Below are positions 36,327 through 49,520 of a stretch of 64,000 nt of DNA, in pieces. Position 1 is the first letter of the stretch. Every line of letters begins with the position of its first letter. Both the position numbers and the translations under genes were made by a program. Origin of the DNA: Balamuthia mandrillaris (taxonomy: Eukaryota); assembly GCA_031835245.2 (NCBI GenBank), contig JAVKOQ020000085.1:1-64000 (forward strand), read 5' to 3'. The notes under the pieces are model-generated. The model was not told where the DNA came from. It made no database searches and saw nothing but the letters and a program-made list of their open reading frames with translations.

Positions 36327-37662
36327 ATGCCGCTCTTTGGATGCCAGCCGGAGAGGATCGCCGTGCAACAGTTTGTGGAGAGGCGGGAGAGGAACGGCTT
36401 TCGGTATCCCTCTCAGCCGGTCGTGCTCACGGACTTTACCCGTGGCTGGAAGCTCTTCTCTTCCGGTTGCACCTTCCCAGGCTACCTATTACAGCTCGAA
36501 CGAACCCACAAATGTTTTTCTTCTGGTACACTATTGTTTTGATGTATGCTTCTTGTTCTTCTTCTTTTCTTTTTCTTTTTCTTTTTCTTTTTCTCTTTCG
36601 TTTTTTCTGCTTCTTGTTTTGCTAACCGAACAAATGTTTCGTCAAAGAATACACGCTGGCAGAAGGAAAGGTGGTTGCCATGATGTCCAAAGACGACAGG
36701 AACTTTCTTGACAACGAGGAGTTTGTGAGCAAGGTGCCCGTAGCGCTGTCCGCCCTGCTGGGTCGCATCGCCCAGACGTTGGCTCTGCCTGCCACCTCCT
36801 CTGCTTTCAAAACGGTCATCCAGCAGCCCGTTTCGGAAGGCACCAAAGGCAAAGAGAAAGGAGCGCTATCTCTGCAAGAAGAAGCCGAAGACGAAGCCTT
36901 TGACGAGTGGGGCGAAGCAGAAGATGACGAAGAAGAGGTGGAAAGTTTGACAGGAGAAACTGCTTATAGGAGGTTATACTGGAGAAGCAAAATACCAGCA
37001 GCTCTATTTCAGGATATCCAACCATTTCACGAGGCTGAGTTTCTTCGTTCTCCTTCTTCATCTACCACAAACGACTCTTCCTCCTCTTCTTCACGGCGGT
37101 TTAGACAAGACCTGATGAGAATGTGGGTCAGCACGGAAGGGTGCGTCACTCCGCTGCACTACGATCGGTGTCATGGACTGTTGGTCCAGGTGGAGGGCCT
37201 CAAGCAGGTCACGTTGTTCTCGCCGGAGGAGACCAGGAACGTCTACCCCAACTCGTCCCTGCACTCCTCCGCCCACGCCAGCCGGCTGAGATTGCACGCA
37301 TTGTTGTTTGAGGGAGATGCCAATGGTTTGTTCTCTTTTTTCTTGTTGTTCTTGTTCTTACTCTTCTTCTTCTTCTTCTTACCGTTTGCTGGTGCGCACC
37401 AACAGAGAGCTTGAGCAAGAGAGGAAAAGAGCTGGACTATCACACCAAGTTTCCTCGATTCTATCAACGCTTCCTGCAGGACGAGGCGCGCGACGCCACC
37501 GACGAACGGACCGCATTCAACGTGATGCTTTCCCCTGGGGAGGTGCTGTACACGCCTCCAGGGTGGTGGCACCACGTGACCACCATGCAGCAAGGCTCCG
37601 TTTCGATCACCATTCCGTGGGACATGCTGTCCAGCGAGACCGTGCCTGTGAATATGCGATAA
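36327..37662 (+). CDS. JmjC/cupin-8 domain hydroxylase
   Basis: QPVVLTD...W, MWV...G.VTPLHYD..HGLLVQVEGLKQVTLFSP, LSPGEVLYTPPGWWHHV (HxD...H triad). Confidence 0.88.
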
Positions 37663-37859
37663 CTTTTCGACGATTATTGTAAATATGTTTAAATTATTTG
37701 AATTCTAATGGGATAATTTCACATCTGAAAATAATTTAAAAATTTTTTCCTTTTTGAACGAAATATTTATTAAATTATTTACCCTTTTCGGCTTACAGTC
37801 GACAAATAATCGTTCATGACAATAGAAAGAATAAAAATATAAAACCAGAGGTACACAGA

Positions 37860-38065
37860 ATGCAACAACAACAGCAACGAAAGATGTTGGAAGAAGAGGA
37901 AGAGGAAGAGGAAGAAGAAGAGGAGGAGGAACAGGATACCCAAGTGGACGACGACATCTTGCTGCCAGTTCCTGGTCTTCTCTCCCGTGATTCCAAACCA
38001 AAGCACACCAAGTCAAAAGAAGATGAACCGTCGTCACCAACGAGTGTGGTACACTCTTCCAATCG

Positions 38066-38111
<46 letters not shown>

Positions 38112-40611
38112 GAGCAAGCCTCCTCCTTTTCCAGCGATGACGAATGCACCGTTCCCTACGACTGGAAAGACCCATCCTCCAACGTTGCCGCTGCTACGGC
38201 GAGTGCCGCCACAAACGAATCGTTTCTGCAGCTGCGCTCACCCGCCCTCCCGCCCACCGCCACCGTTTTAGCTCCTCGCACTCCTCTTCCATTCTCTTCT
38301 TCTCCCTCTTCCTCTTCCACTCTTCGTCCTTCTTCTCCCTACCATAACAACAACCACCACCACCAAAACGCTGCCCCTTCTTCTCCTTCTTCTCTTTCTC
38401 CTTCTTTTCTTCCACAACCGCTCTCCCCTTTGTTGTCCTCCTCTCCCTTTTCCTCTCCGTTGCGGCCCTCCTCTCCTTCCTCCTCGTCGTCTGCCTCTGA
38501 AATGGAACGAACGAGGGCGGGCAAACGTGGTCCCTCCTCTCCTGCCTCACGGGAGAAGAAGAAGCAGAAGAGCCTGTCTCCACCTTCCTCTCCTGCTTTC
38601 TGTCTCTTTCCTTCTGCTTCTTCCTCTTCCTCTCGCTCTTCTTCTGTCGCTCAAGCGGTTATTCATTCGCCTTCGAAAGTTCTGCTTTCTTCTCCTCTCG
38701 ACGACTCTTTCTCGTCACATTCCTCTCCTTCTTCACCTTCTGGCAACAACGAGAATGCTGAAGACGTGGACAATGAGGATGCTGACATACCTTCTTCTGC
38801 GTCTTATTGTCGGTCGCCCGAAACCCGTCCTGCTGTTGAGGAGAAGCGATATCGGTATTCTCGTTGTATTGCTTGTTGGTGTTGGTGTTGGTGTTGGTGT
38901 TGGTGTTGGTGTTGGTGTTGGTGTTGGTGTTGGTGTTGGTGTTGGTGTTGGTGTTGGTATTGGTGTTGTCCTTGTTCTTCTGCTTCTTCTTGCTCATTTT
39001 TCCACTTCAGGCTAATACGAGCGCAATCCAGCCCAATAACTCCATTGCGAAAGTGCGATAAACCACCATTAGCAAGAAAGCTGACGTTCACCTCATTCTC
39101 CGCTTTTTCTTCTTCTCCGTCTTCTTCTTCCTCTTCTGAGAAAGACATTCGTGACTTTTGGGACAGAAAACGTAAGCGAAGGAACATTATTTTCTTGGAG
39201 AACACTCAATTAGATGATGAAGAAGAAGAGGGGGCGAAAACGAGGAAGACGACTGTAAACAACCTGTAACGTTGTTAAAAGAAGTAAAAGAAGAGAACTG
39301 CAACCACAAAGAAAAGAAAAGCGAGGTCGTCTCTCCGTTCCTGCTACGACGAGTTAACAGCGCGACGTTACCTCGCGTGCCTCTTTCATGGCAACTCGAA
39401 CAGACCAAAAATTTGTCTCTCTCTTCTCCTTCTTACTCTTCCCCCTCTTCTTCGTCTTCTTCATCGCCTTTACTTGTAAGAGCGGCATCTTCATCTTCAA
39501 TGGTTGTTCCTCTTCCAACAAAATTGAAAATGAGGAACAATTGTACCAACAACAGCAAGAAACGAGTTCAACCGCCCCCTTCTTCACCAGCGTTAATGCT
39601 GAAGAAGAATAAAAAGAAAGAGGAAACATTAAGAGGACAACACGAAGGAAAGATCAAAGCTGAAGAAGGAGAAGAGGAAGAAGGTGTTAGTTCCGAAGCT
39701 AGTTTGAGCTCTCATAGAGAACGATTCGCAAAGAATTTACAACAACAGAACTTTCATGCGACTTTACTTGGCTTCTCTTCTTCATCTTCTACTCTCTCTT
39801 CTTCTACTTCTTCGTCTGTTTCGCAAGATAGCAAAGACCCGTACGTTTTGTCTCTTTGCCTTTTTGTTTTTCTTTACCCGTTAATATTAATATCATTAGA
39901 ACAGCCTCTCAACCAGCAACTCCTCCAAGAAAGATAAAAGTGACAACAAGCGTAAAGACAAAGAAATCGACAACTCCAATAATAACAGACCAACAAACGA
40001 TGACCTCTTTCTTATCAATGACCTTTACACGAGCATGCAAATCAATGCTGATTTGGACAAAGAAACGGAGCAGCCACCTCATTTGTTGGTGCCGTTGCTG
40101 CAATACCAGAAACAGGGCTTGGCATGGATGCTCGACAGAGAGACGGAGGTAGCAAATCCCAGAGGAGGTATCCTTGCTGATGGTTTGTTTTTTTCCTATT
40201 CAATTCTCTCTTCTCTGCTTCTATCTTCTCTTCTCTTGTTCATGTCTTCAATTTGTGAGCTGAAATTAAATACAAAAAAAAAAACATTACAGCAATGGGT
40301 CTTGGCAAAACAGTAAGTACACTTTTCAGCGAGCAAATCTACATTCTCTATTTCTTACTTTCTTTTCACTACAGATACAAATGCTATCGTTGATCACAAT
40401 GAATCGAGCAACAACAGAAGCAGCAACTAACAATAGATGTGGAAGAAGCACTTTGATAGTGTGCCCTTTGTCAATGTTGGATCAGTGGCTAGAAGAGACT
40501 CGTAATCGAGTACAACGAAAAGCAGGCTTGACCGCTCTCGTTTATTACGGAAGTAATAGAACCAAAGACATTCATTGGTTGTCCAAGTTTGAAATCGGTT
40601 TGTCTAAACCA

Positions 40612-40657
<46 letters not shown>

Positions 40658-43271
40658 TCTCTTACTCTCCCTCTCCTTTTTCTTTCTCGCTCCCACCTCC
40701 CCCCTCCTTATCTATATCTTCATTCTCATTGTCGATGTTTTTTCTTGCTGTTATTTGTGCGAAGTATTGACAACGTATGGAACGTTGGCTGCGGAATATA
40801 TGCACGAAAAGTCTAAAAGAAAGAACGACTCAAGTCTCAGAAGACAAACCAACAATAACAACAGCCCACTTCACTCTATTCGATGGTACGTCTCAGCCAT
40901 CACAACATGAACTTCTTTTTTGAAGCTCACAACATTTCAAAAAAAAAATACTGAATAACAAAAAGGTACAGAGTAGTTTTAGATGAAGCACAAATGATAA
41001 AGAACAGCAGCACGCGTGCAGCGTTGGCCGCCTACAATCTCAATGCCACCAACAGATGGTGTCTTACCGGTACTCCCATCCAAAATAGTTTGGATGACAT
41101 TTATAGTGTGTTTCTCTCTCCTCTCTCTCATCTCTCTCGCTTGTTCTCTTATATTTATACTTTAAAGGCTTGTTGCATTTTATCCGAGCGGAGAACATGA
41201 ATGACAGATGGTGGTGGAATCTTATGATTGGTACTTTCTTCCTCTCTTCTCTTTCTTCCCGTTCCCACTCTTCTTCTCTAAAGCGCTTCTCTCTTCTTTT
41301 CCTTTGGCATGCTAACGATTTTGTAAACAGTGAAACCGATCCGTAGAAACAATTCGCGTGGCTTTTCTCGGTTACAAAACATGTTACAAGGAGTGGTGCT
41401 GCGGCGAACCAAGCAACATACCATCGATGGAAAACCCATTCTCTCGCTTCCTCCTTGCCACATCGTTAAAATCGAAACTCCCTTTTCTCCAACCGAGAGT
41501 CAATTCTATAACGCTTTGTTCGGTTCGTTTTTGCTCTTTCTTGTTTTCTTTCTTCTTTTTCACTTTGTTCTCATTTTAACTTCAAATAGAAAATGCACAA
41601 TCTATATTTAATGCTTATTTGGAGTCTGGAAACCTTTTGAAGCATTACATTCATATCTTAGAACTTCTCTTACGACTGCGACAATGTTGCGTTCACCCTT
41701 TGCTCGTTCTGATGTGCACCACTTTAGATTGGCGCAAACAAAAAGGCAGAAAACAAACATCTTCGTTGCATGACTTAAAACGGGAATACGAACGTACTCT
41801 TCAACAACTTTTAGCCAAAAACAACGAAGAAGATATCAACGACAACAAAACGGAGAAAAAGAGAAGAAAACCAGCTGATTTGGCAGCTTGTTTATTGTCT
41901 TCGACACCAAAACGAAGTCCTCTTGAACGACACAAAGCATCACTTCTTCTCATTCGAAACAGCGACAAAGAAAATGTTTTGGATGAAGAAGAGGAAGAAG
42001 AGGAAGAAGAAGCAACAATGGGAGAAGCAGGTAACGGCGGTGTAGATTTATGTTATATATGTTACAGCAACTTTGAGGAAGACGTGATGGAAACTAGTTG
42101 CGGTCATCGTTTTTGTAAAGAGTGTATAGAGAATTGGTTGATCGAAGGACGCGGCAAAGAAGGAGCAGGAGGGGAGGAGATGGAAGGAGAAGGACGTTGT
42201 CCCATTCGCTCTTGTGGACGAAAACTCACTCTCAAAACGTTGAAAAATGTTTCGCAACAGCAGCAACAAATTGAGGAAGAACGAAGGAGAAACAACAGAA
42301 TAGAAGAAGCAGAACGAGGGGCGACACCTACAACACCGTTGAAAGCTTTATTATTGAAGAGAAATTCGAGTTTTTGGAATGCGAACGAAGAAGAAAGAAA
42401 ACAAAGACGACAAGAGGAAGGAGAAGGGGAAAGTGAAGAGGAGTTCCATTTCCTTCGAAGCACTAAAATTGCAGCTCTCATTCAGGAATTGCACAGACAC
42501 TGTTCTTCCCGAAGAGAAATGGAAGACAGGAAAGATTCTTCTGTTTCTGCATCTTTGTCTTCTTCACCGCCAGAAAAGTGTTTAGTCTTCAGTCAGTTTA
42601 CGATGTGTTTGGATCTCATCGAACTGGCCTTACAACAGGAAGGCTTCCATTATGTTCGTCTGGATGGTTTGTTTCTCTCTCTCTCTCTCTCTCTCTTATC
42701 TATATCCGCTCTTAATAACAACCAAATCCTATGTTTTGTTGTTAACAAACAGGTTCATTGTCGAAATCACAAAGAGCAGCGGCTATCAACAGATTCAAAC
42801 GTAATCCCTCAACCACTGTTTTTCTCATCTCTTTGAAAACCGGCGGTTGTGGTTTGAATCTCACGGAAGCCACTCGCGTCTATCTTATGGTCAATTGCCT
42901 CTGTTCTCCTCCGTTGTCTTTATTTTTTTTTTTTTGACTAACAACAAACGTATGAAAAATAGGATCCATGGTGGAATCCATCCGCAGAACAACAAGCCAT
43001 CGACCGTGCCTTTCGTTTAGGCCAACAACGTCCGGTTACAGTCACGCGGTTCATCATCAAAGGCTCCATCGAGGAGAGAATACTCGAAATACAAGAGGAG
43101 AAGAGACGAATGGCGCACGACGCCTTTTCCGGGACTTCGTCCCTCTCAACGGCTGGCAACACCGCAGCGGACGATGGTGGGGTCAGTCCATCTGCCGCGA
43201 GAGTGGAGTGTAGCCACCATGAAGGCACCACCCTTGGCGTTAAAGATCTTCGTTCTTTGTTTCAAAAATAA
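37860..43271 (+). CDS. SNF2-family helicase with embedded RING finger (RAD5/RAD16/HLTF-like)
   Basis: [25 protein letters not shown] (Walker A on a 20-nt micro-exon 40293-40312), [37 protein letters not shown]...CGHRFCKEC...CP..C, STKI, VFSQF, GLNL, DPWWNP...QAIDR..RLGQ. Confidence 0.92.
38874..38964. repeat. (TGTTGG)n microsatellite in a SNF2-gene intron
   Basis: Tandem hexamer inside a GT-AG intron (~38855-39010). Confidence 0.9.
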
Positions 43272-43309
43272 AGAAAGAAAGAACGACAGAAAGAACGTGA
43301 AAAAGGGTT

Positions 43310-46300
43310 TCAAATGTGCTTGTTGATCTTGTTACGAATGCCAAGCAAGACGTTATCCCCCTTCTCCTCCACCCGATCCGCAATGCCCACCAAATTCCAA
43401 TCAAACTCCTTGTACTTGACGGTGAACCTCCCCGTGGACAGAAAGGTCTTGACAGAGTTGCTGGCGGCCCCTCCCTCTGGAAGGTATCGATGGATGAACT
43501 CCAGCACGCTGCGATCCGTCCCGCCAAAGTCGTTGTGGTACCACTTGAAGAGAGCGGGCAGCGTGACCTCCTTCTTGGGATAGTTGAACTCGACTCCCTG
43601 CATGATGCTCTTGCGCGTGGCCTTCTCCAATTGTTCCTCCAGCTCCTCGAACCGCAGGAACGGCAAGAACTGACGTTCTCCGTCCTCCTCTTCTCCTCCT
43701 TTCTTTCTGTCTTTTCCATTGCTGGCGATGTTTGTGGTTTCTAAAGATGTTGAAGTGTTATAGTTCCAATCGTTAATGATATCGTCTTTGGATGAGAAGT
43801 GGTCGTCATTGTTAAGGTACAAGAAACGATAGCCAGCGCCCGCAGAGACCAAAAAGTTGATGCGCGGGTCGGTAAACTCTGGAGCAGCCGCCCATTTGAG
43901 CTGGGCGTCGTGCCGCCGAGCAGTTGTGCTAGCGTTGACACCACTTCGTGGAGAGGAGCGAGATATTTTTGGACCGCCGACAGAAGAAGAGGAAGAAGAG
44001 GAAGCAGAAGAGGAAGAAGACGAAGAGGAGGAAGAAGAGGAGAAGCGTTCGCCGCGAAGCATGCCGTGTTCAATGTCGTTAAGGGTGTAGGCTCCGCCCC
44101 GCATTTGGTAGCTTGTCTCCGAGTAGAAACTTCGCCGGGAGATTGGACTGCGTGCTACCCCTCGTGCCACTAAAGAAGGAAGAATAAGAACGCGAAGCAG
44201 CAAAGGAGATAGAGAAGAAAGGGGAAAGACGATAGAAGAAAGGAAAAGAATAAGAGAAAGGAAGGAAGAACGAGAAAGAAGAGCAGGTAGAGCGAAGAAA
44301 AACATGAAGAGGATAGATTTGATCTTACCTTGTCCGTGAATTACAAGGATGTTATATACATTAAGGAAAAAAGCTTTACGAGGTTCTGCCGCAAGTTCTG
44401 CAAACGGCACCTACATTACAAAACGCAAACAACAGAAAAGGAGAAACAAAAAGATAAGAAAAACGCAAAGATAAGAAAAAGAAGAACAAGCAAAAGTACC
44501 CGTTGAAGTTCGGAGGTGGCAAGACAAAACGAATAATATTCTTTGCTTTCGCGCAACGACTCCAAATCTATCTCCGCGGTGACTTCGCACGTATGTGGTC
44601 GCAGCATATCATTCACCATTTTGTTCTATAAATTTTGTTAGTTTTGCGTTAGTTTCATGTTTTGAAATAAAGATTCTGCTTCTTACCAGATGATAGACAA
44701 CTTCTTCAGCGGGACGAGTGGGCATAGCCCAAATTTTGCACATGTTGAGACAGGTGTTGGCCAGTCGGCTGTCCCATTGCAGGCGATACAGTTGCGGCCC
44801 ATCTTTGAAGGAACGGTCCTTGGCAACGTGGTGCAAAAGTCGTTCTCTCAATAGATCTTGTCCCACCGCCTCGGCCTTAAAGAATCAAACATAAATTATT
44901 TAGCCAAAGACACCGAAAAAAGTTAAAAAAAAGAGAAGACAGAAAATTGAACGTACATCTCTTCTTGTTTGCAGGCCGAGTTCCGTCAAGAGCCAAGTGA
45001 CTAGCTCCGTGCCGGTAAAACACTTGGGAAAGTTTTTCATCTTCTTGCGATGTTTCTTCCGCTCCAAGCCTCCTTCTCCGCTCACAATCCGCCAAACGAG
45101 TTCTTCCAACTTTGCGATAGCCGCCTTCTGCTCCAACATCTCCTCCTCCTCCATGTCGTCAATGTCGCTCATGCCGTCCAACGCGGAACTGTAGTCGGAC
45201 CAGTCAGAACCCAGGTCGGAGGAATCGGGCTCGGAGATGGAAGCATCGAACATGCCCACGGTGGACTTCCATGGAATGCGAAGCTCCTCTTTCTCATAGT
45301 CTTTCTCCCAATCGTGTTCCTCCTCGGCTGAGGCTGAAGAGGGTGTTGCTAACAATGACGATTTGCTTTCTTTGTGGCTGTTGCTGTTGCTATTGTTGTG
45401 GGTTCCTTCTTTTTCACTTGAAGAAGAGTTTCGTCCAACCCAAGAAGAAGACATGGTATGAACTAAAGAGCGCATAGGCTTGGTGGCGGAGCCAGCGGCG
45501 CCTGCGCCCAATTTCTTGAAGGATCCTAGCGTGTGAGAGTGACGCAGTGGAGAGGAACTTCCATCCGACTGTTCCTCTCGCTGCAGTTTTTCCAGCCTCT
45601 CCTTCTGTTTCTTCTCCGCCTTCTTTTCTTTCTTCTCCCTGGAGCGAAGCAGTTTTTCCATCTTCTTCTTATTCTTTTTGGTTTTCTTTCCCTCCTCCTG
45701 AGAGAATGATGATGTCTGTTGAAGACCGGTAATCTGCAGCTCCTTTTTCGTTTCTTCATCCAAGTCGGAAGCCTTTGGAGGAAAAGAAGCAAGTGCTGAC
45801 GTCTTTGGTTGTGGTTGTTGTTGTGGTTGCGATCTCTCTTCATCACCTTCTTGGTAGAGTGGCCTTCGTCGTCCTTCTTCTACGCAGTAGACAGTGAAAT
45901 CTTCGCTCTCGCTCGTCTCTGCTGAACAATCAGAATAACTGTCCGAACTGTCGTCCATTGCCTCTTCTTGCTTCTTCAGGTCTTTTTCCTCGCCTTGTTT
46001 TCGTTCGGTTGGCGATTTGATGGTTTGTTCATGTGGGCTTCTTCTTTCTTCCTTTCCTTCCTCTTCACCCAAGTCGCTCGGAGTAAGACGAATCTGAGGT
46101 ATCTCCAGACTAAGGCGTCTCTTGGTGCGCAGTTCCAGTGGTAGTTGTGCTCGCACGGCACGCTGTGCTGCGACTCTGTCGCTCTCTGTGCCGCTTCGTT
46201 TGCGACCTCTGATAGGAGAGCGAGGGACTAGGGCCACATCTTCCTGTTTAATGTTGGCCACAACAGCATTCGTTCGTGAGTTGGTATCATTGCTTGTGTT

Positions 46301-47416
46301 GCTGTGGTTAGTGTTGTTGTCGGTTGTTTTGGATATGGGTTCCTCTTCTTTCAGGATGCTGTCGTTGTTTTTGTTTTTGTTAGTGCTACTGACGAGCGGT
46401 GTTGCCAGCGTTTGTCTTCTTTTCATGTTGGCGCGAGGGCTTGGTGCCGGAGATTTGTTGGTGACAACGGGTGTGGTTGTGGTGGGTGGAGATGAACCAT
46501 CTTTCTTGCGACAGGTTTGAATTCCTTGTGAGATGCTCTGCGCCATAAAGAGAACTAAGAAGCCTAAACTTTGTACAAGGAACAGCAGCATGCGTCCCAC
46601 TGCTTGCAAGACTTGCACCCATCCTCCCTCGCTGAAAGAAGCTGAAGGGTTATCTATGGCAGTTGTTGCGGTTGTTCGTGGTTTCGAGGAAAGTAGCATT
46701 GATGGAGAAGATGCAGATGGTGGAGGTATGCGATGCCGCCGCTCTCGTGCGCTACGGGTGGAGCGCGCTTTAGTTTCAGTGTCGCCTCCATGGGCTCTCG
46801 TGGTTGGTGGTTCTCTGCTGGCTGGTCGTCTCCGCTGCCTTACCTCGCCATTACTCATACCACTGGTTGGTAGTTCAGAAGAAGGGAGTGACGTTATTGA
46901 TGGTGCTGCACTCACAGAAGACGACGAAGAAGAGGGAGGACCCTCCGCAAGTGTGTCGGGAGAGGAAGCAGCGGATACATGAGAGGTGTAGGTGGCCAAT
47001 GGCGAGGAGCGTGGAGGTGAAGTAGCGGTAAGAGGAAAGGCAGTAGACGAAGCGGAGGAAGAAGAGGACCGCGTAAAGGAATTAGAAATTGAGCCCTTGT
47101 TCAGGTTGCTTGCGTGCCGTGCTAGACGGGTGGGCGAGCGAGAGCGAGAGCTGCGCTGCGGTGCGCTGCTTCTACCGTTGAGAGATCCCTGTTGTACGAG
47201 CCGCCGTCCTCGGCGTTCATTGCTCTCCCTGTCTCTTCCAGCCGCTGTTCTGGTTGGTCGTTCAGCAGCTGCTCCTCCTCTGCCTTGCCTTGAAGAAGAA
47301 GCGGAGGCCTCCTCCCGAGCAGCAGGAACAGCAGCATAAGAGCCAGAGTTTCGTGGACCAGGGCTGTTGCTCCGACTCCGTCGCACCGTTCGTTGTTGTT
47401 CTTGTGTGTCGTTCAT
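43310..47416 (-). CDS. DEP-domain + DUF547 protein with a long disordered N-terminus and a hydrophobic segment
   Basis: DEP: RKKMKNFPKCFTGTELVTWL...GQDLL...LHHV...FKD..LYRL. DUF547: RKAFFLNVYNILVIHG, YTLNDIEHGMLR, DPRINF, LFKWY..DFG, KYKEFDW. Confidence 0.82.
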
Positions 47417-48656
47417 TTGGAATTGAAACAGACTCGAACGCTGAGGTTGTTTGTTGTTGTTGAGCGATTTTGTGATGATGAAGATGAGGATGAAAAATAA
47501 ATAAATAAAAAGGTGTTGTGCAGTTTTCTTCTCTCGCTCTTGGTATTTTGGTTGTTTTGTTCAACGGTTAGCTATGACCCATAGCCTTCAGCCTCTTTCC
47601 TTCTTTCCTTCTTGCCTTGTAAAAACTGTTTGTTTGTCCAAAAATTTTAAAGATGAGATTTTTAGCGCTAAGGAAGAAAAAAAAAACAAAAGAAGGAGAG
47701 AAACAACAACAAGTAAAAAAAGAAGTAAAGATGTTTTTTTTTTTAAAGATAAAAACAAGAGATCAGACCTTTCGGACCTTGTGTATCGAATCTGGCCGAA
47801 ACACAAAAAAAAAAACCTCACCCCTCCCCACCCCAAACAACGAAAGAAGGGGGAAAAAAAAAAGTAAACAAAACACACACACAACAAAATCGAGCTACCG
47901 GGAAACACACACACAAGGTGAGGGCAGCGAGTCTTTCTTGTCTAACACCCGCTTTCTTTTTTTTTTTTAACGGACCACTTCTTTATTATGGCGCACGCCC
48001 TCCTTACACCGGCGTGCGCTATTGGGACGGGCCGGCTCCCCAGGGTTGAGGAGGCAAGGGGTTTTCCCAAGCACACCTCGGACAGAATCGGCTCCTCTCC
48101 TTTTCATGATTCATGGAATTCATTTCATTTGAATGAAAAGATGAGGGTACATATATGGTAATATTTTTTGAATTTTTATTGGTCGTTTGAATGAATTCAA
48201 AGAGAAAGAGAGAAGAAAGTTAAAAGAGGCGAAAAAGAAGAGGGCTTGGCTTTTGGGATGGAATGCTGGTTTTTTTTTCACGTACGTTTTTATCTTGGTG
48301 AATGAAGCTTCGTTTCTTATCTATAGTTTTCAAAAAAAAAAGTTAGCAAAAAAAAAAAAAACGGTTTTCATGGAAACCAATTATAAACCACCTCTCGTTG
48401 TTTTTTTTTTGAGAGAATTTTGGGCGTCAACTCCAGAGAGAACAGCCACGCACTCCCCGTAGAAACCACAGGACAGCAGGTTTGAGGGAGGCTTCGCACT
48501 GGGGAAAGATAAAGAAAAGTGAGGTCGCCTCGTTTCAAAAACAAACGATGGCAGTTAGCAGAATATAAAAATGGCCATTCTGAAATAGTAGGTTAAGCTC
48601 GTTACCAAACCAAACACAAACACAACAAAAAAGCAACCATATACACAAACATCGAC

Positions 48657-48874
48657 ATGGCAAGGAAGTACCAACAACAACAACAGCAGCAGCGTCTTTC
48701 CAACTTTCCCTCCGTTGCTCACTCTCTCCTAGTGTCCTTGCTCTCTTCGTTGTTCAAGTAAGAATCTCCTCAGCTGTCGCTCTCCACCCATTCTCTTGAA
48801 GGACTAACGCCTTCTCTTCGTTCTCTTCGTCGTTCTCTTCTCGTTCTCTTCATCGTTCTCTTCTCTTCATCGTT

Positions 48875-48913
<39 letters not shown>

Positions 48914-49399
48914 GTTTGGTGGCAGTGTGATTGGGGGTTTGGCCTCTGAGGTGCAGAAGAGAGGCCGCACGGAGGGCGTGAGCGTGCCCCCCTACACGCC
49001 GCTCTACACGGTGTTGGGGTTGGTGGCATTTTTTTTTTGCTACTTGTACTGGTACTTTGTTCTGTGTGTTGGTGCTGCCGCCGTCGTGGCAAGTCTGTGG
49101 GCGGCGAGCGGGACGTCTGCGTCAGCGACTCTGAGGAGGATGAGGAGAAAGGAGGGGGGGAGGCAGCCCTCGAGCTAGACACGCTGGCACGCACGACCCT
49201 CACGATGAGCAACAACAGTGGCAAACTTCCAACCAGGACTGCCAACAGCAACGCGAGCTCAAGCGGCCCACAGCGGCGTCAGCGGCAGCAGGGCTTTCCG
49301 ATGCCAGGTCCGCCGCTCCGCCGCGTGCGCAGCTTTGGGACGACATGGCAGAACCGATCATATGGTGATCGAGTGACGTGGAAGATCAGAGCAGGGTGA
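48657..49399 (+). CDS. Small single-pass membrane protein; apparent 1-nt frameshift in the T10 run (49029-49038)
   Basis: Exon 1 MARKYQQ... ends at a gtaag donor. Exon 2 ...LYTVLGLVAFF continues in another frame as LLLVLVLCSVCWCCRRR with an acidic cytosolic tail. Confidence 0.5.
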
Positions 49400-49520
49400 C
49401 GTGGCAAAATATTTTTGTAGACAAATGGAACCCTCATGTTTTTTCCATAAATCGAAACTTTTGTTTATGTTTTTTTTTTGTCCTTTCGATGAAGAAAGAA
49501 GGGAAGGAAGCACAGAGGGG

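Noticed and set aside
38874..38964. WCWCWC / HQHQ repeat peptide, or a telomere-like repeat
   Set aside because: The (TGTTGG)n array lies inside a GT-AG intron of the SNF2 gene, and the unit is not TTAGGG-like.
40168..40176. GTATCCTT as a U12 GT-AG donor
   Set aside because: It is coding sequence (GGILAD motif); the real donor follows a few codons later.
48090..48110. U6atac-like ATGAAAAGGAGAG on the minus strand
   Set aside because: It lacks the following GGTTAGCAC and the intramolecular stem of U6atac.
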